48,856 nucleotides of DNA from an uncultured Atribacterota bacterium (GCA_964560535.1 CAZLMD010000003.1:1-48856), one strand, 5' to 3'; positions 10,446 through 21,785 are shown, numbered from the stretch's first letter. Notes: generated by a model not told the origin, from the letters alone. Translations and numbers: made by a program.

Positions 10446-11403
10446 CCGTCTGGTATCAGTGAAAAATTTAGTAAAATATTTTCCGATAAAAAAGGGTGTT
10501 TTTAAAAGAACAGTAGGCTGGGTTAAAGCAGTAGATAATATTAGTTTTGATATATATAATGGAGAGACTCTGGGATTGGTAGGAGAATCGGGTTGTGGTA
10601 AATCGACTACTGCCCAGGCTATTCTACGTCTGGAAGAGCCTACTTCTGGAGAAATTATTTTTCAGGGTGAAAATATTGCTAAAATAAATAAAAAGAAGAT
10701 GAGAATATACAGGAAAGATTTGCAGATTATATTTCAGGATCCCTATAGTTCTTTAGATCCTCGAATGAAGATAAAAAATATCATAGCAGAGGGACTGGTC
10801 ACACACGGTCTTTATGACAAAAAAATAAGGATGAAAAAAGTAAGTGAATTATTGGAAAGAGTGGGGATACCATCAACTTATATGGATCGTTTTCCACATG
10901 AATTCAGCGGAGGTCAAAGACAGAGAGTAGGTATTGCCCGGGCTTTGGCATTGAACCCTAAACTGATTATATGCGATGAAGCCGTATCGGCATTAGATGT
11001 ATCGATCCGTTCACAAATAATTAATTTGTTTAAGGAATTACAAAAGGAATTTAACCTCACTTACCTGTTCATAGCGCATGATTTAAGTGTGATTAAATAT
11101 ATTAGTGATCGGGTTGCTGTTATGTATTTAGGCAAAATTGTGGAGATTGCACCAAAGGATAGATTTTTTAATAATACTTTGCATCCATATGCTCAGGCAT
11201 TAGTTTCTGCTGTACCTGTTCCAAACCCGGATTTTAAAAGAAAACGAGTTTTGTTACAGGGAGATGTCCCAAGTCCTGCTAATCCGCCATCAGGCTGCCG
11301 TTTTCATCCAAGATGCCCACAAGTCATGGATATCTGCTCAAAAGTGGAGCCTGTACTAAAAGAAGTAGAGGCGAAGCATTTTGTAGCATGTCATCTTTAT
11401 TAG
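10438..11403 (+). CDS. ABC transporter ATP-binding protein (OppF/DppF type)
   Basis: Walker A GESGCGKS, signature FSGGQRQR, Walker B LIICDEAV. TTG start overlaps the upstream gene. Confidence 0.9.
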   Translation: MNNRLVSVKNLVKYFPIKKGVFKRTVGWVKAVDNISFDIYNGETLGLVGESGCGKSTTAQAILRLEEPTSGEIIFQGENIAKINKKKMRIYRKDLQIIFQDPYSSLDPRMKIKNIIAEGLVTHGLYDKKIRMKKVSELLERVGIPSTYMDRFPHEFSGGQRQRVGIARALALNPKLIICDEAVSALDVSIRSQIINLFKELQKEFNLTYLFIAHDLSVIKYISDRVAVMYLGKIVEIAPKDRFFNNTLHPYAQALVSAVPVPNPDFKRKRVLLQGDVPSPANPPSGCRFHPRCPQVMDICSKVEPVLKEVEAKHFVACHLY

Positions 11404-11656
11404 ATTTACATACATGCCAACAGTATGAGATATTAAAAGATTAAAAGAAATTAATTATTTCTATGAAAATAACTTATTAGCAAATTGTTAATCAATATAT
11501 TTTATGTTAAAATGATTGACGAAATAAATATTTGTTATTTCTTAAAAAACAATTTGTTATTGTAAAGTAGGAGCAATATACTGTAATTACTCATGCAAGC
11601 ACATATATTTTTAGAGCAATTTTTTTTATAATATAAATATAATATTTTCGTTCCAA

Positions 11657-11732
11657 GCGCCCGTAGCTCAATGGATAGAGCAGAGGCTTCCTAAGCCTCG
11701 TGTTGGAAGTTCGACTCTTCTCGGGCGCTCCA
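11657..11732 (+). tRNA. tRNA-Arg (anticodon CCT)
   Basis: Acceptor GCGCCCG/CGGGCGC, D-stem GCTC/GAGC, anticodon stem GAGGC/GCCTC with loop TTCCTAA, T-arm GGAAG-TTCGACT-CTTCT, encoded CCA. Confidence 0.9.
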
Positions 11733-11794
11733 TTATTATTGTAATCCTTACCATGTGCCCGGCTATACAATGAAACAAGAGAGGAAGTACTGAA

Positions 11795-13483
11795 TTGTTT
11801 AACAGAACTGAAGACCAAAATTTAAAGAAGATCATTAAAGATTCTATTCTCCAATATACTAAAAAGAAAGAAATTGAGATTAAAGATATTCCAGCAATAA
11901 TTTTCACTACCCCAAAAAATCCTGCCCATGGGCACCTTTCTACTAATATAGCACTACAATTATCTGGAGTTTTATCCGATAATGCGAGGACGATTGCTCA
12001 ATATATAATTGAAGAAATAGAAAAAAACAATAAGGATGTCTTTGATAAAGTTGAAATAGCAGGACCGGGGTTCATAAATTTCTTTTTTAAAAGAGATTTA
12101 TTGTACAATGTGTTGCATGAAATTATCTCTGAAACAAGTAAGTTTGGAAATTCTGAAGCAGGTAAAGGTGAAAAAATACTGATTGAATATGTTAGCGTTA
12201 ACCCTACAGGACCACTACATGTGGGACATGGAAAATGTGCTGTAGTTGGCGATTCATTGTCCAGGATACTAAGGGCAGCCGGTTATCAGGTTTCTACAGA
12301 GTATTATATAAATGATCATGGAAAACAGATAGATATACTTGGACAATCAGTCTTAATACGTTATAGACAATTATCAGGTGAAGATGTTGAATTCCCGGAA
12401 AATGGGTATCAGGGAGATTATATTGTTTCTCTGGCAAAAGATATTAGAGAAAAATATCAATCAGATTTTGTGGGCAAAGATGATTCTACAACACTCGACT
12501 TTTTTAAAACTTATTCTAAACAGAGGATTTTGCAGGATATCAGACAGGATTTAACTATATTCGGGGTAGAATTTGACAATTGGTTTAGCGAAGAATCTCT
12601 TTTTGCCCAAAATAAGGTACAGCCGGTTATCGATGATTTAGAACAGGAAGGATATTTGTATTCAAGTAATGGAGCCTTATGGTTTAAGTCAACTGATTTT
12701 GGTGATGAGAAGGATCGGGTAGTGATAAAGGCTAATGGAGAGGCTACCTATTTTTCTTCAGATATAGCCTACCATGACGACAAATATAAGAGAGGGTTTA
12801 ATGCTCTGATTGACATATGGGGTTCAGACCACCATGGCTATATTAACAGGATGAAAGCAGCTATTCGGGCACTCGGTTATCCCGAAGACTCATTTGAAGT
12901 ACTGTTAGTACAATTTGTCACATTGGTTAAGGCAGGAAAAGCTGTTGGCATGAGTACCAGGGGTGGCCAATTTATAACTTTAAAAGAATTAGTGGAAGAA
13001 GTTGGAAAAGATGTTGCAAGATATTTCTTTTTGATGTATAGCCATGACAGTCACACCGAATTTGATTTAGATATTGCCAAATCTCAATCACTGGAAAATC
13101 CTGTTTTTTATATTCAATATGCTTATGCTCGTATATGCAGTATAATAAAAAAGGGTGTGACAAGTGATATAATTTTAGATAAGAAAAGCAGAAATAATGT
13201 TAATCTCGAATTACTTGACAAAGAAGAAGAGCTGGAGATTATTAAAAAATTAATAAATTTTAAAAAAATAGTGGAGAGAAGCGCCCTACAGCGTAAACCA
13301 TATCTGGTTGCAGTATATTTACATGAATTAGCAAGTCTATTTCACAAATATTATACAGAACATAGAATTATCTGTTCTGAGAAAAAACTCTCTGAAGCCC
13401 GTCTTTATTTGGTCTATTCCGTTAAAATAGTTTTAGAAAATGCTCTCTTCTTATTGGGCATTCAAGCCCCCAATAAGATGTAA
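11795..13483 (+). CDS. argS: Arginine--tRNA ligase
   Basis: 562 aa with TTG start after AGAGGAAG. Class I HIGH motif (PTGPLHVGHGK), KMSKS-equivalent GMSTRGG, and a C-terminal DALR-type anticodon-binding region. Confidence 0.93.
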   Translation: MFNRTEDQNLKKIIKDSILQYTKKKEIEIKDIPAIIFTTPKNPAHGHLSTNIALQLSGVLSDNARTIAQYIIEEIEKNNKDVFDKVEIAGPGFINFFFKRDLLYNVLHEIISETSKFGNSEAGKGEKILIEYVSVNPTGPLHVGHGKCAVVGDSLSRILRAAGYQVSTEYYINDHGKQIDILGQSVLIRYRQLSGEDVEFPENGYQGDYIVSLAKDIREKYQSDFVGKDDSTTLDFFKTYSKQRILQDIRQDLTIFGVEFDNWFSEESLFAQNKVQPVIDDLEQEGYLYSSNGALWFKSTDFGDEKDRVVIKANGEATYFSSDIAYHDDKYKRGFNALIDIWGSDHHGYINRMKAAIRALGYPEDSFEVLLVQFVTLVKAGKAVGMSTRGGQFITLKELVEEVGKDVARYFFLMYSHDSHTEFDLDIAKSQSLENPVFYIQYAYARICSIIKKGVTSDIILDKKSRNNVNLELLDKEEELEIIKKLINFKKIVERSALQRKPYLVAVYLHELASLFHKYYTEHRIICSEKKLSEARLYLVYSVKIVLENALFLLGIQAPNKM

Positions 13484-13501
13484 GCTTATTATGAGGGTAT
13501 T

Positions 13502-14389
13502 ATGAAAAACCTTAGATTTATTATTATCAGTGGATTATCCGGGGCTGGGAAAAGCGTTGCAGTCAAGGTCTTTGAAGATATGGATTATTTCTGTATAGAT
13601 AATTTACCTCCACAGCTAATTCCTAAATTTTCTGAGTTATATTTGAAATCTCAGGCGAAATTATTAAAAATTGCTCTGGTAGTAGATATAAGAGGAGAAA
13701 TATTTCTACAGACATTGGACCAATCTTTAAAAGATCTGGAGTCTATGGACATTTTTCCCGAGATATTGTTCCTGGAGGCAAGGGATGAAATTCTTGTTAG
13801 AAGGTTCGGGGAAACAAGGAGAAGACACCCTCTACAATCTTCTCATAGTATTTTAAATAGTATTCAGGAAGAAAGAAGGAAACTGAATGAATTAAAATCC
13901 AGGGCAAGTATAATTATAGATACATCTGACTTAGAGCCTAAACAGCTTAATATTGAAATTAGAAAATATTTTCAAAAAGATAAGGCACACAATTTACAGA
14001 TTAATATAATATCTTTCGGGTATAAATATGGTATGCCAATAGATGTTGATATAGTGTTTGATGCCAGATTTCTTCCTAATCCCTTTTATGACAGTGAATT
14101 AAGCGAATTATCAGGCAAAGATGAAAAGATTAAAAAATTTTTTCAACAATTTCCAGTAACAGAACAAACAATTAAAAAATTTTTTTCTATAATTGATTTT
14201 CTCATACCTTACTATATAAAAGAGGGCAAAAGCTATCTGTCTATTGCTATAGGTTGTACAGGAGGTAGACACCGTTCAGTTTTTATAGCAAATGAGTTAG
14301 GTCAATTACTAAAGTCGAAAAATTATGTTGTCTTTATAAGGCATAGGGATATCAGAAAGGAAGAAAGAATACTTAAAGAGAAGTTGTAA
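13502..14389 (+). CDS. rapZ: RNase adapter / nucleotide-binding protein RapZ (YvcJ)
   Basis: 295 aa with P-loop GLSGAGKS at the N-terminus. Part of the conserved rapZ-yvcK-whiA triad. Confidence 0.85.
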   Translation: MKNLRFIIISGLSGAGKSVAVKVFEDMDYFCIDNLPPQLIPKFSELYLKSQAKLLKIALVVDIRGEIFLQTLDQSLKDLESMDIFPEILFLEARDEILVRRFGETRRRHPLQSSHSILNSIQEERRKLNELKSRASIIIDTSDLEPKQLNIEIRKYFQKDKAHNLQINIISFGYKYGMPIDVDIVFDARFLPNPFYDSELSELSGKDEKIKKFFQQFPVTEQTIKKFFSIIDFLIPYYIKEGKSYLSIAIGCTGGRHRSVFIANELGQLLKSKNYVVFIRHRDIRKEERILKEKL

Positions 14390-14398
14390 AGTATAAAA

Positions 14399-15694
14399 AT
14401 GTTTAAGAAAGATCAACAATTAAAGCCGTTATTGAAATGGTTTTATCCAGGAATGAGAGTAAAACGTTTTTTACTCCTGGTATTATTAGGCATAGTGTTT
14501 ATGGCAGTTGGCTTAATATACCTTATCGATCTCACCAGATTTTTATGGATAAAAAACCAAATAAAAAATCTATTTATTTATTATCAAATAGCTCCACATT
14601 TTTCCGGTGTAATCTTAATAGCTCTAGGTTCCATACTAATTATTTTAGGTATTTCTAATATAAACCGATCAATCTTAAAATATTTTATTCCTAAAAAAGT
14701 TAATTTAGTACCTGAAATTATCTATGAACAAAGAAAATTACAAAAAGGCCCACGAATCGTAGTGATTGGCGGTGGTACTGGCCTTTATACACTGTTGAGA
14801 GGTTTAAAAACACATACCAGTAACATTACCGCTATAGTAACTGCTTTTGATAGTGGTGGCAGTTCCGGTAGATTAAGAGACGAATTAGGCGTTTTACCAC
14901 CTGGTGATATAAGAAACTGCCTGGTAGCTCTTTCAACTGAAGAACTATTAATGAAAAAACTATTCCAGCATAGGTTTAGCAATGGGAGTTTACAGGGGCA
15001 TAGCTTTGGGAATCTGTTTATAACTGCAATGTCAGAGGTAAGCGGGGATTTTTCCAAAGCTATTGAAAAGTCGAGCGAGATACTTGCTATTAGAGGCAAG
15101 GTGCTCCCTGCATCAACAGACAATGTTACTCTTTGTGCCAGATTAAAAAATAATGAACTGATCAAAGGTGAAGATAAATTTTCTCAGAATAAAGAGAGAA
15201 TTGATACTATTTATATAGAACCTGCTAATGTACTGCCATTGCCGGAAACAATTCAAGCAATCCAAACCGCTGACATTATTATTCTCGGGCCCGGTAGCCT
15301 CTATACAAGTGTGATATGTAATTTACTGGTAAAGAATATCCCGGAAGCCATTTGTCAATCTGCAGCACTAAAAGTATATATATGTAATGTTATGACTCAA
15401 CCAGGAGAGACTGACAACTATACCGCTACAATGCATGTGAGAGAGATTATAAAATTCTTGTCTTATAATTGCTTAGATTTTGTTTTGCTTAATAATCAAA
15501 GGCTAAGCAAACAGGTAGCAGAGAGGTATAAAAAAGAGGGTGCCTTTATAGTTAAAGATGATCTACCTCTTTATTTTGAAAAAAAGACAAAAATATTAAA
15601 ACAAGAACTTTTGTCAGAATATAATTTTGCCCGGCACAATTCTGAAAAATTAGCAAAAATGATAATGGAGAATATATACAAGGAGAAGAAGTGA
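14399..15694 (+). CDS. yvcK: YvcK/CofD-family (gluconeogenesis factor) protein with an N-terminal membrane anchor
   Basis: Motifs VVIGGGTGL and ILGPGSLYTS are typical of the YvcK/CofD family. An extra ~100-aa N-terminus carries two hydrophobic helices. Confidence 0.8.
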   Translation: MFKKDQQLKPLLKWFYPGMRVKRFLLLVLLGIVFMAVGLIYLIDLTRFLWIKNQIKNLFIYYQIAPHFSGVILIALGSILIILGISNINRSILKYFIPKKVNLVPEIIYEQRKLQKGPRIVVIGGGTGLYTLLRGLKTHTSNITAIVTAFDSGGSSGRLRDELGVLPPGDIRNCLVALSTEELLMKKLFQHRFSNGSLQGHSFGNLFITAMSEVSGDFSKAIEKSSEILAIRGKVLPASTDNVTLCARLKNNELIKGEDKFSQNKERIDTIYIEPANVLPLPETIQAIQTADIIILGPGSLYTSVICNLLVKNIPEAICQSAALKVYICNVMTQPGETDNYTATMHVREIIKFLSYNCLDFVLLNNQRLSKQVAERYKKEGAFIVKDDLPLYFEKKTKILKQELLSEYNFARHNSEKLAKMIMENIYKEKK

Positions 15695-16645
15695 TTGTAT
15701 TATTCAGCACTGGTTAAACAAGAACTGGCTCGTATAATCCCATCTAAAGATTGTGAGCAAAATAGCGAGCTATTAGCATTTATTATGATGAATGGCAAGA
15801 TAGATTCCAAAGGCAAACTATCAATAGCAATCGATAATCCATCTATGATTAAAGTAGTTTATTTTTTAGTGAAACGAACTCTCTGCTATGAAGCCAAGAT
15901 AGAAATAATTAAAAAGAATAATAAAAAGAAGACATATCTTATAATTGTTAATGATAAAAAAAAGATTGACTATATTATAAATAAATTCAATTTAATCCCC
16001 GATAAATATGGTAAATTAATTAGAAGTACTTTATCAGAAGAAGAAAAAAGTCAGGCAATAAAAGATATTTCTAATAAATCTTTTTTACGAGGAGCTTTTT
16101 TAGCTGGTGGATTTGTAAATGATCCTGAGAGGATGTACCACCTGGAGATATCATGTCCTTCAAAAAAGGTGGCACAGGTAATAGAGGGTATTTTACATGA
16201 CTTTTCGTTTTCCGCAAAAACAAGTTTCTGGCAAAAGAAATGGACCGTTTATTTAAAAAAAAGCGAAGAAATATTTGATTTTTTAGGTTTTTTAGGAGTA
16301 CAGAGAGCACTGTTAAACCTTCAAGATATTATTGCTAGAAAAGATATTTTAAATACTGTAAACAGATTAGTAAATTGTGAAACAGCCAACCTGGATAAAA
16401 CAATAGCTTCTGCTTCCAAACAATTGCTTTATATTGACATAATAACAAAAAATATAGGTTTAAAAAAGCTATCCCCCAATTTAAAGAATGTGGCTAAAGT
16501 ACGTCTGGATCATCCTTATGCGAGCATACAGGAGCTTGCTGAGATCCTGGGTGGTGGAATAACAAAATCTGGTGTTTTTCACCGACTAAAGAAAATTGAA
16601 CAGATAGCTCAAAATTATTTATCAGCATCAGTATGTGAAGAATAA
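15695..16645 (+). CDS. whiA: DNA-binding protein WhiA
   Basis: 316 aa with TTG start immediately after the yvcK stop. N-terminal VKQELARI-type segment, degenerate LAGLIDADG-like core and C-terminal HTH. Conserved position after yvcK. Confidence 0.85.
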   Translation: MYYSALVKQELARIIPSKDCEQNSELLAFIMMNGKIDSKGKLSIAIDNPSMIKVVYFLVKRTLCYEAKIEIIKKNNKKKTYLIIVNDKKKIDYIINKFNLIPDKYGKLIRSTLSEEEKSQAIKDISNKSFLRGAFLAGGFVNDPERMYHLEISCPSKKVAQVIEGILHDFSFSAKTSFWQKKWTVYLKKSEEIFDFLGFLGVQRALLNLQDIIARKDILNTVNRLVNCETANLDKTIASASKQLLYIDIITKNIGLKKLSPNLKNVAKVRLDHPYASIQELAEILGGGITKSGVFHRLKKIEQIAQNYLSASVCEE

Positions 16646-16875
16646 ATATTTAAACCATATCTTTAGAAAAGAGCTTTATAGTTTTTGAATAATTAATAAT
16701 TAATGGTAAAATATTGTGAAATTAATATAAGTTTTTTAAAAACTGTTAAAGAAATTTTAAAAAGGAATTAAACAAAAAATTACTATCCTGGAAAGGCATA
16801 TTGTAAATATTGTTGTAAATAAATAATTTTTGTTGAGATGTTGAAAAATGTTTTCATAATTCGACAGGATAAAAT

Positions 16876-18330
16876 TTGATGAAACAAAATTTACTTATAA
16901 AACAAAAACAAACCTTACAGCTTTCCCCTCAGATGTATCAGTCTATAAAGATATTGCAGATGAATAATATTGAGCTAAAGGGGTGGCTAGAAAAAGAAGC
17001 TCAAGAAAACCCGGTTTTAGAAGTGTATACTGGTCAAGATGAATACCCGGAATCTGACAATAAAGAATTGGAGATAGATTTAAATCAACAAGATGGCAAT
17101 GCTCTAATAGAGTATTTTGTTGACCAAAAAAATGTTGCTAACAATAGAAATGTTGTTCAGAAAGAAAGGGAGATAGAGCCTGTATGCGAAGATTTAAATA
17201 AGATATGCTTATCTGAATCTCTTTTATTAAATTTTAAGATAATTGCCGAAGATGATCTGGAATTAAAAATAGGTGAGTATTTGATTGGGAATATCGATTG
17301 CAACGGTTATTTAACAATTAGTTGCCGTGAAGCAGCCCGGGATTTGAATGTAACAGAAAAGAAAGTAAGGCTGGTTTTAGCCATGATTCAAAATTGTTCA
17401 ATACCAGGTATGGCAGCCAGAGATTTAAAAGAATGCTTATTGCTTCAACTAAAATATCTGAAACTACCTGAAAAAAAATATCTTAAGAATATAATACTAT
17501 TTCATCTGGATAAACTATCAAAAAAAGATTTTAAAGGTATCAGTAAGGACTTGCATATACCATATCAGGAAATACAACATTTACTTGATATTATTAAAAA
17601 ATACTTTAATCCAAAGCCGGGCAGGGCTTTTGTGCAGGATAGAGAGATAGGCTTTTTGGTACCGGACATTATTGTGAAAAAGATTAATGATCAATACGAA
17701 ATATTAGAGAATTATAGTCTTTTCCCAAAAATTAAAACAAATTTATTATACGAAAAAATGCTGGCAGACTATAAGCTGTTAGAAAAGATTAAAAATCAAG
17801 ATCCAATTTCTCAAAAAAAATGGTTAGAAGTAAAGACAACTCTGAGATATTTGAATAAAAAAATTGATTCAGCACAATGGATTTTGAAGTGCTTAGAACA
17901 AAGAAGAAATACTATTATTAATATAACCAGGTTTATAATTGAATACCAGCAAGATTTTATTGAAAAAGGCGTGGCATATCTAAAGCCTTTATCCTTAGAA
18001 AATGTAGCTGATTCCTTGAATTTGAATAAATCAACAATTTCCCGGGCTATTAAGTCAAAAAGAATTCAATTACCGAGGGGTATGTATAATTTCAAGTATT
18101 TTTTTTCAACAGGGCTGCAGCAGGACAACAAAGAAGTTATCTCTGTTGAAAAAATAAAGAATCTAATAAGAAATTACTTAGAAAAAGAGGATTCCTGCAA
18201 ACCTCTTTCAGATCAGAAAATAGTTGAGTTATTAAAGGAAAAAGAAGAAATAAGGATTGCCCGAAGGACAGTTGCCAAGTATCGTATAATTATGAATATA
18301 CCTTCCGCAAATTTACGGAAGATATACTGA
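16876..18330 (+). CDS. rpoN: RNA polymerase sigma-54 factor
   Basis: 484 aa. The N-terminal Gln/Leu-rich region I (LKQKQTLQLSPQM...SIKILQM), the C-terminal HTH and the RpoN box ARRTVAKYR are all present. Confidence 0.9.
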   Translation: MMKQNLLIKQKQTLQLSPQMYQSIKILQMNNIELKGWLEKEAQENPVLEVYTGQDEYPESDNKELEIDLNQQDGNALIEYFVDQKNVANNRNVVQKEREIEPVCEDLNKICLSESLLLNFKIIAEDDLELKIGEYLIGNIDCNGYLTISCREAARDLNVTEKKVRLVLAMIQNCSIPGMAARDLKECLLLQLKYLKLPEKKYLKNIILFHLDKLSKKDFKGISKDLHIPYQEIQHLLDIIKKYFNPKPGRAFVQDREIGFLVPDIIVKKINDQYEILENYSLFPKIKTNLLYEKMLADYKLLEKIKNQDPISQKKWLEVKTTLRYLNKKIDSAQWILKCLEQRRNTIINITRFIIEYQQDFIEKGVAYLKPLSLENVADSLNLNKSTISRAIKSKRIQLPRGMYNFKYFFSTGLQQDNKEVISVEKIKNLIRNYLEKEDSCKPLSDQKIVELLKEKEEIRIARRTVAKYRIIMNIPSANLRKIY

Positions 18331-18371
18331 AAATATTAGCTTAATATAGTTCTATAGTCATGCTATAATAA

Positions 18372-19397
<1,026 letters not shown>

Positions 19398-19471
19398 TGT
19401 TTTATATTATTTTCAGATAATACTTTTTTGTATTATTTGTACTATAAACTTAGATTAAATTTTTTTAAAAT

Positions 19472-19498
19472 AAAACCTCGCTGACAAGGCGGGGTTTT
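19472..19498 (+). terminator. Rho-independent terminator after gap
   Basis: AAAA-CCTCGC-TGACAAG-GCGGGG-TTTT: a 6-bp GC-rich stem (one G:U pair), a 7-nt loop, and flanking A and T runs. Confidence 0.6.
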
Positions 19499-19526
19499 AA
19501 AAATAATTTCACCAAGGAGAGTTCAG

Positions 19527-20285
19527 ATGCGAAAGCCATTAATTGCAGGTAATTGGAAGATGAACAAGACTGTTACTGAGAGCATTCCTTTGATAAAAGA
19601 ATTGATAGATTTTGTTAATGATTTCACGGAAACAGAAGTAGTTATTTGCCCACCCTTTACTTCTTTGTGGGCTGCGAGAGAGCTGATACAGGATACCAAT
19701 ATTATATTAGGAGCACAGAATATGTGCTGTATGAACGATGGTGCCTATACCGGGGAAATATCAGCCAGAATGTTACAAAACATCGGTTGTAATTATGTTA
19801 TATTGGGACATTCCGAAAGAAGAGAAATGTTCCAGGAGAGTTCTTCAATGGTTGCCAAAAAAGTCCAACAATCATTAAACTTCGGAATAAAACCAATTAT
19901 CTGTGTTGGCGAAAAACTATCTGATAAAGAGGCAGGTAAAGCTCAGGAGGTAGTGAGAGAGGAGTTAGAAGCAATTTTTGCTGTACTAAATATTGAACAA
20001 ATAATCAATGTAGTATTTGCTTATGAACCTATCTGGGCAATAGGCACTGGTAAGTCAGCAACCTCTCAGGATGCCAATGAAATGATTAAATATATTCGTA
20101 ACCTGATTGGGAAAAAGTATAGCGAAACAGTTTCCCAACAGATTAGGATTTTGTATGGGGGGAGTGTCAATCAGGATAATATAAAACCATTAATGGCTGA
20201 GTCTGATATAGATGGAGCATTGGTTGGAGGGGCTAGCCTGAATGCTCTAACATTCTCCAAACTAATAAAATTTAAAAACCTGTAA
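19527..20285 (+). CDS. tpiA: Triose-phosphate isomerase
   Basis: 252 aa with motifs AGNWKMN, GHSERR and AYEPIWAIGTG. Confidence 0.93.
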   Translation: MRKPLIAGNWKMNKTVTESIPLIKELIDFVNDFTETEVVICPPFTSLWAARELIQDTNIILGAQNMCCMNDGAYTGEISARMLQNIGCNYVILGHSERREMFQESSSMVAKKVQQSLNFGIKPIICVGEKLSDKEAGKAQEVVREELEAIFAVLNIEQIINVVFAYEPIWAIGTGKSATSQDANEMIKYIRNLIGKKYSETVSQQIRILYGGSVNQDNIKPLMAESDIDGALVGGASLNALTFSKLIKFKNL

Positions 20286-20486
20286 AGATATTTTTAAATT
20301 AATTAAATTACTATCTTGAAGCAGAGTAATAAATGTGTTATCATTCATGAGCATGCCGTTGCTAAGCGGCACAATTTTATTTGGATTATCATGGATATAG
20401 CTACGACAAAACAAAAACTATTATTCAAAAATAGTATTTTGATTATAAAAGATAATAGCAATTAATTTGTTAAAGGAGAAAAAACA

Positions 20487-20708
20487 ATGCCCACATGGTT
20501 AATGGTTATACAGATCATATTGAGTGTAGCTTTAATTGCTGTAGTATTATTTCAATCCAGAAAAGTTAGCTCAGGTGGAGGTATCTTTGGGGGTGGTACT
20601 TTTGCTGAACATAGAGGTAGAAAGGGAAAGGAAGTATTCTTACTTAGACTAACAACTGCTATTGCTGTTTTATTTATGGTATCATCTATACTGATGAGTA
20701 TCATTTAA
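20487..20708 (+). CDS. secG: Preprotein translocase subunit SecG
   Basis: 73 aa with two TM helices and a Gly-rich connecting loop (SGGGIFGGG). Good RBS (AAAGGAG), and its position after tpiA is common. Confidence 0.8.
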   Translation: MPTWLMVIQIILSVALIAVVLFQSRKVSSGGGIFGGGTFAEHRGRKGKEVFLLRLTTAIAVLFMVSSILMSII

Positions 20709-20732
20709 ATACGAAATAATCCAGGAACTAAA

Positions 20733-21785
20733 GTGGAACAATTTTTTATAGATAAAAAAATGTATACTACTGAAGAAGTAAAGAATTACCAGGTTGATCC
20801 TGAACGAAAATTATTCTCTGCCAACCACGAAGAGATTGAAAAAGGGTTGACAACTGATATTTATTTTATCCGTGCATTAGAAGTCCTAAATTATCTAAAA
20901 CTAGATAATACTGAAGTCACTGCTGAGATATTTGCCCGGCAACCAGGGGTTTTTGTTGGTATTGAAGAGACCTTTAATTTACTTAAAAATAAAAAGATTA
21001 AGCTCTGGTCATTACCAGAAGGAGAACTGTTTCAGCCAAAAGAAACAGTAATGAGGATACAGGGCCCCTACAATGAATTTGGAGTATATGAAACGATAAT
21101 TTTAGGTATACTGGCTAGCAGTTCAGCATGGGCAACTGCAGCCCGTAAATGTCGTGAGGCTGCACGTGGTAAAAAGATTATATGTTTCGGTTCACGGCAT
21201 ATTCACCCCGCAGTAGCCCCGGTTATGGAAAGAGCCGCTATTATCGGTGGGGTTGATGGAGCCAGCTGTATTCTGGGAGCTAAACTGATGGGTCAGGAGC
21301 CTCAAGGCACTATTCCACATACCGTGATAATTATCATTGGAGATACTGTTAAAGCAGCAAAAGCATACCATGAATGCTTCCCTCCTGATATTCAAAGAGT
21401 TATATTGATTGATACATTTAAAGATGAGGCAGAAGAGTCGCTAAGAGTAGCAGACGCCCTGGGTAAAAACCTTTTAGGTGTTCGTCTTGATACCCCGAGT
21501 GAAAGGGGAGGAGTGTCACCTGCATTAGTTAAAGAGATACGAGCCCGTTTAGATCTGGCAGGGTATTCTTATGTTAAGATTTTTGTGTCGGGAGGGGTGA
21601 CACCGGAAAGGATTGAGCTGTTAAGCAAAGAAGCAGTAGATGCTTTTGGTGTAGGAAGCTATATCAGTGATGCTTCACCTATCGATATGACCCTTGATAT
21701 CAAAGAAGTGAAAGGCAATCCTGTTGCTAAAAGAGGACGAATACCTGGAATAACTGAGAATAACAAGTTAGTACAATTGCTTTAA
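20733..21785 (+). CDS. Nicotinate phosphoribosyltransferase-family protein (type II PRTase, archaeal/Thermotoga-like short form)
   Basis: 350 aa. Type II PRTase barrel-like motifs (GSRHIHP, GVRLDTPSERGG, VSGG) recognised by eye. The start codon is uncertain (GTG 20733 or ATG 20760). Confidence 0.65.
   Translation: MEQFFIDKKMYTTEEVKNYQVDPERKLFSANHEEIEKGLTTDIYFIRALEVLNYLKLDNTEVTAEIFARQPGVFVGIEETFNLLKNKKIKLWSLPEGELFQPKETVMRIQGPYNEFGVYETIILGILASSSAWATAARKCREAARGKKIICFGSRHIHPAVAPVMERAAIIGGVDGASCILGAKLMGQEPQGTIPHTVIIIIGDTVKAAKAYHECFPPDIQRVILIDTFKDEAEESLRVADALGKNLLGVRLDTPSERGGVSPALVKEIRARLDLAGYSYVKIFVSGGVTPERIELLSKEAVDAFGVGSYISDASPIDMTLDIKEVKGNPVAKRGRIPGITENNKLVQLL

Noticed and set aside
14437-14658. 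A 73-aa plus-strand ORF in an alternative frame.
   Set aside because: It is embedded in the yvcK coding region in another frame, with no RBS and no motif.
16714-16731. TTGTGAAATTAATATAAG, a possible second Rex box upstream of rpoN.
   Set aside because: Only the left half-site matches. The right half, ATATAAG, shares 2 of 7 positions with TTCACAA.
16789-16805. A sigma-54 promoter-like TGGAAAGGCATATTGTA upstream of rpoN.
   Set aside because: The -12 element is shifted by one position and reads GT instead of GC, and the -24 element is TGGAAA. No enhancer-binding protein gene lies in the window. I found no other TGGCAC-N5-TTGC match in intergenic DNA.
20354-20382. Small hairpin TGCCG-TTGCTAAG-CGGCA followed by ATTTTATTT after tpiA, considered as a possible terminator.
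   Set aside because: The stem is only 5 bp and the U-tract is interrupted. It is too weak to list as a feature, although it may contribute to termination.
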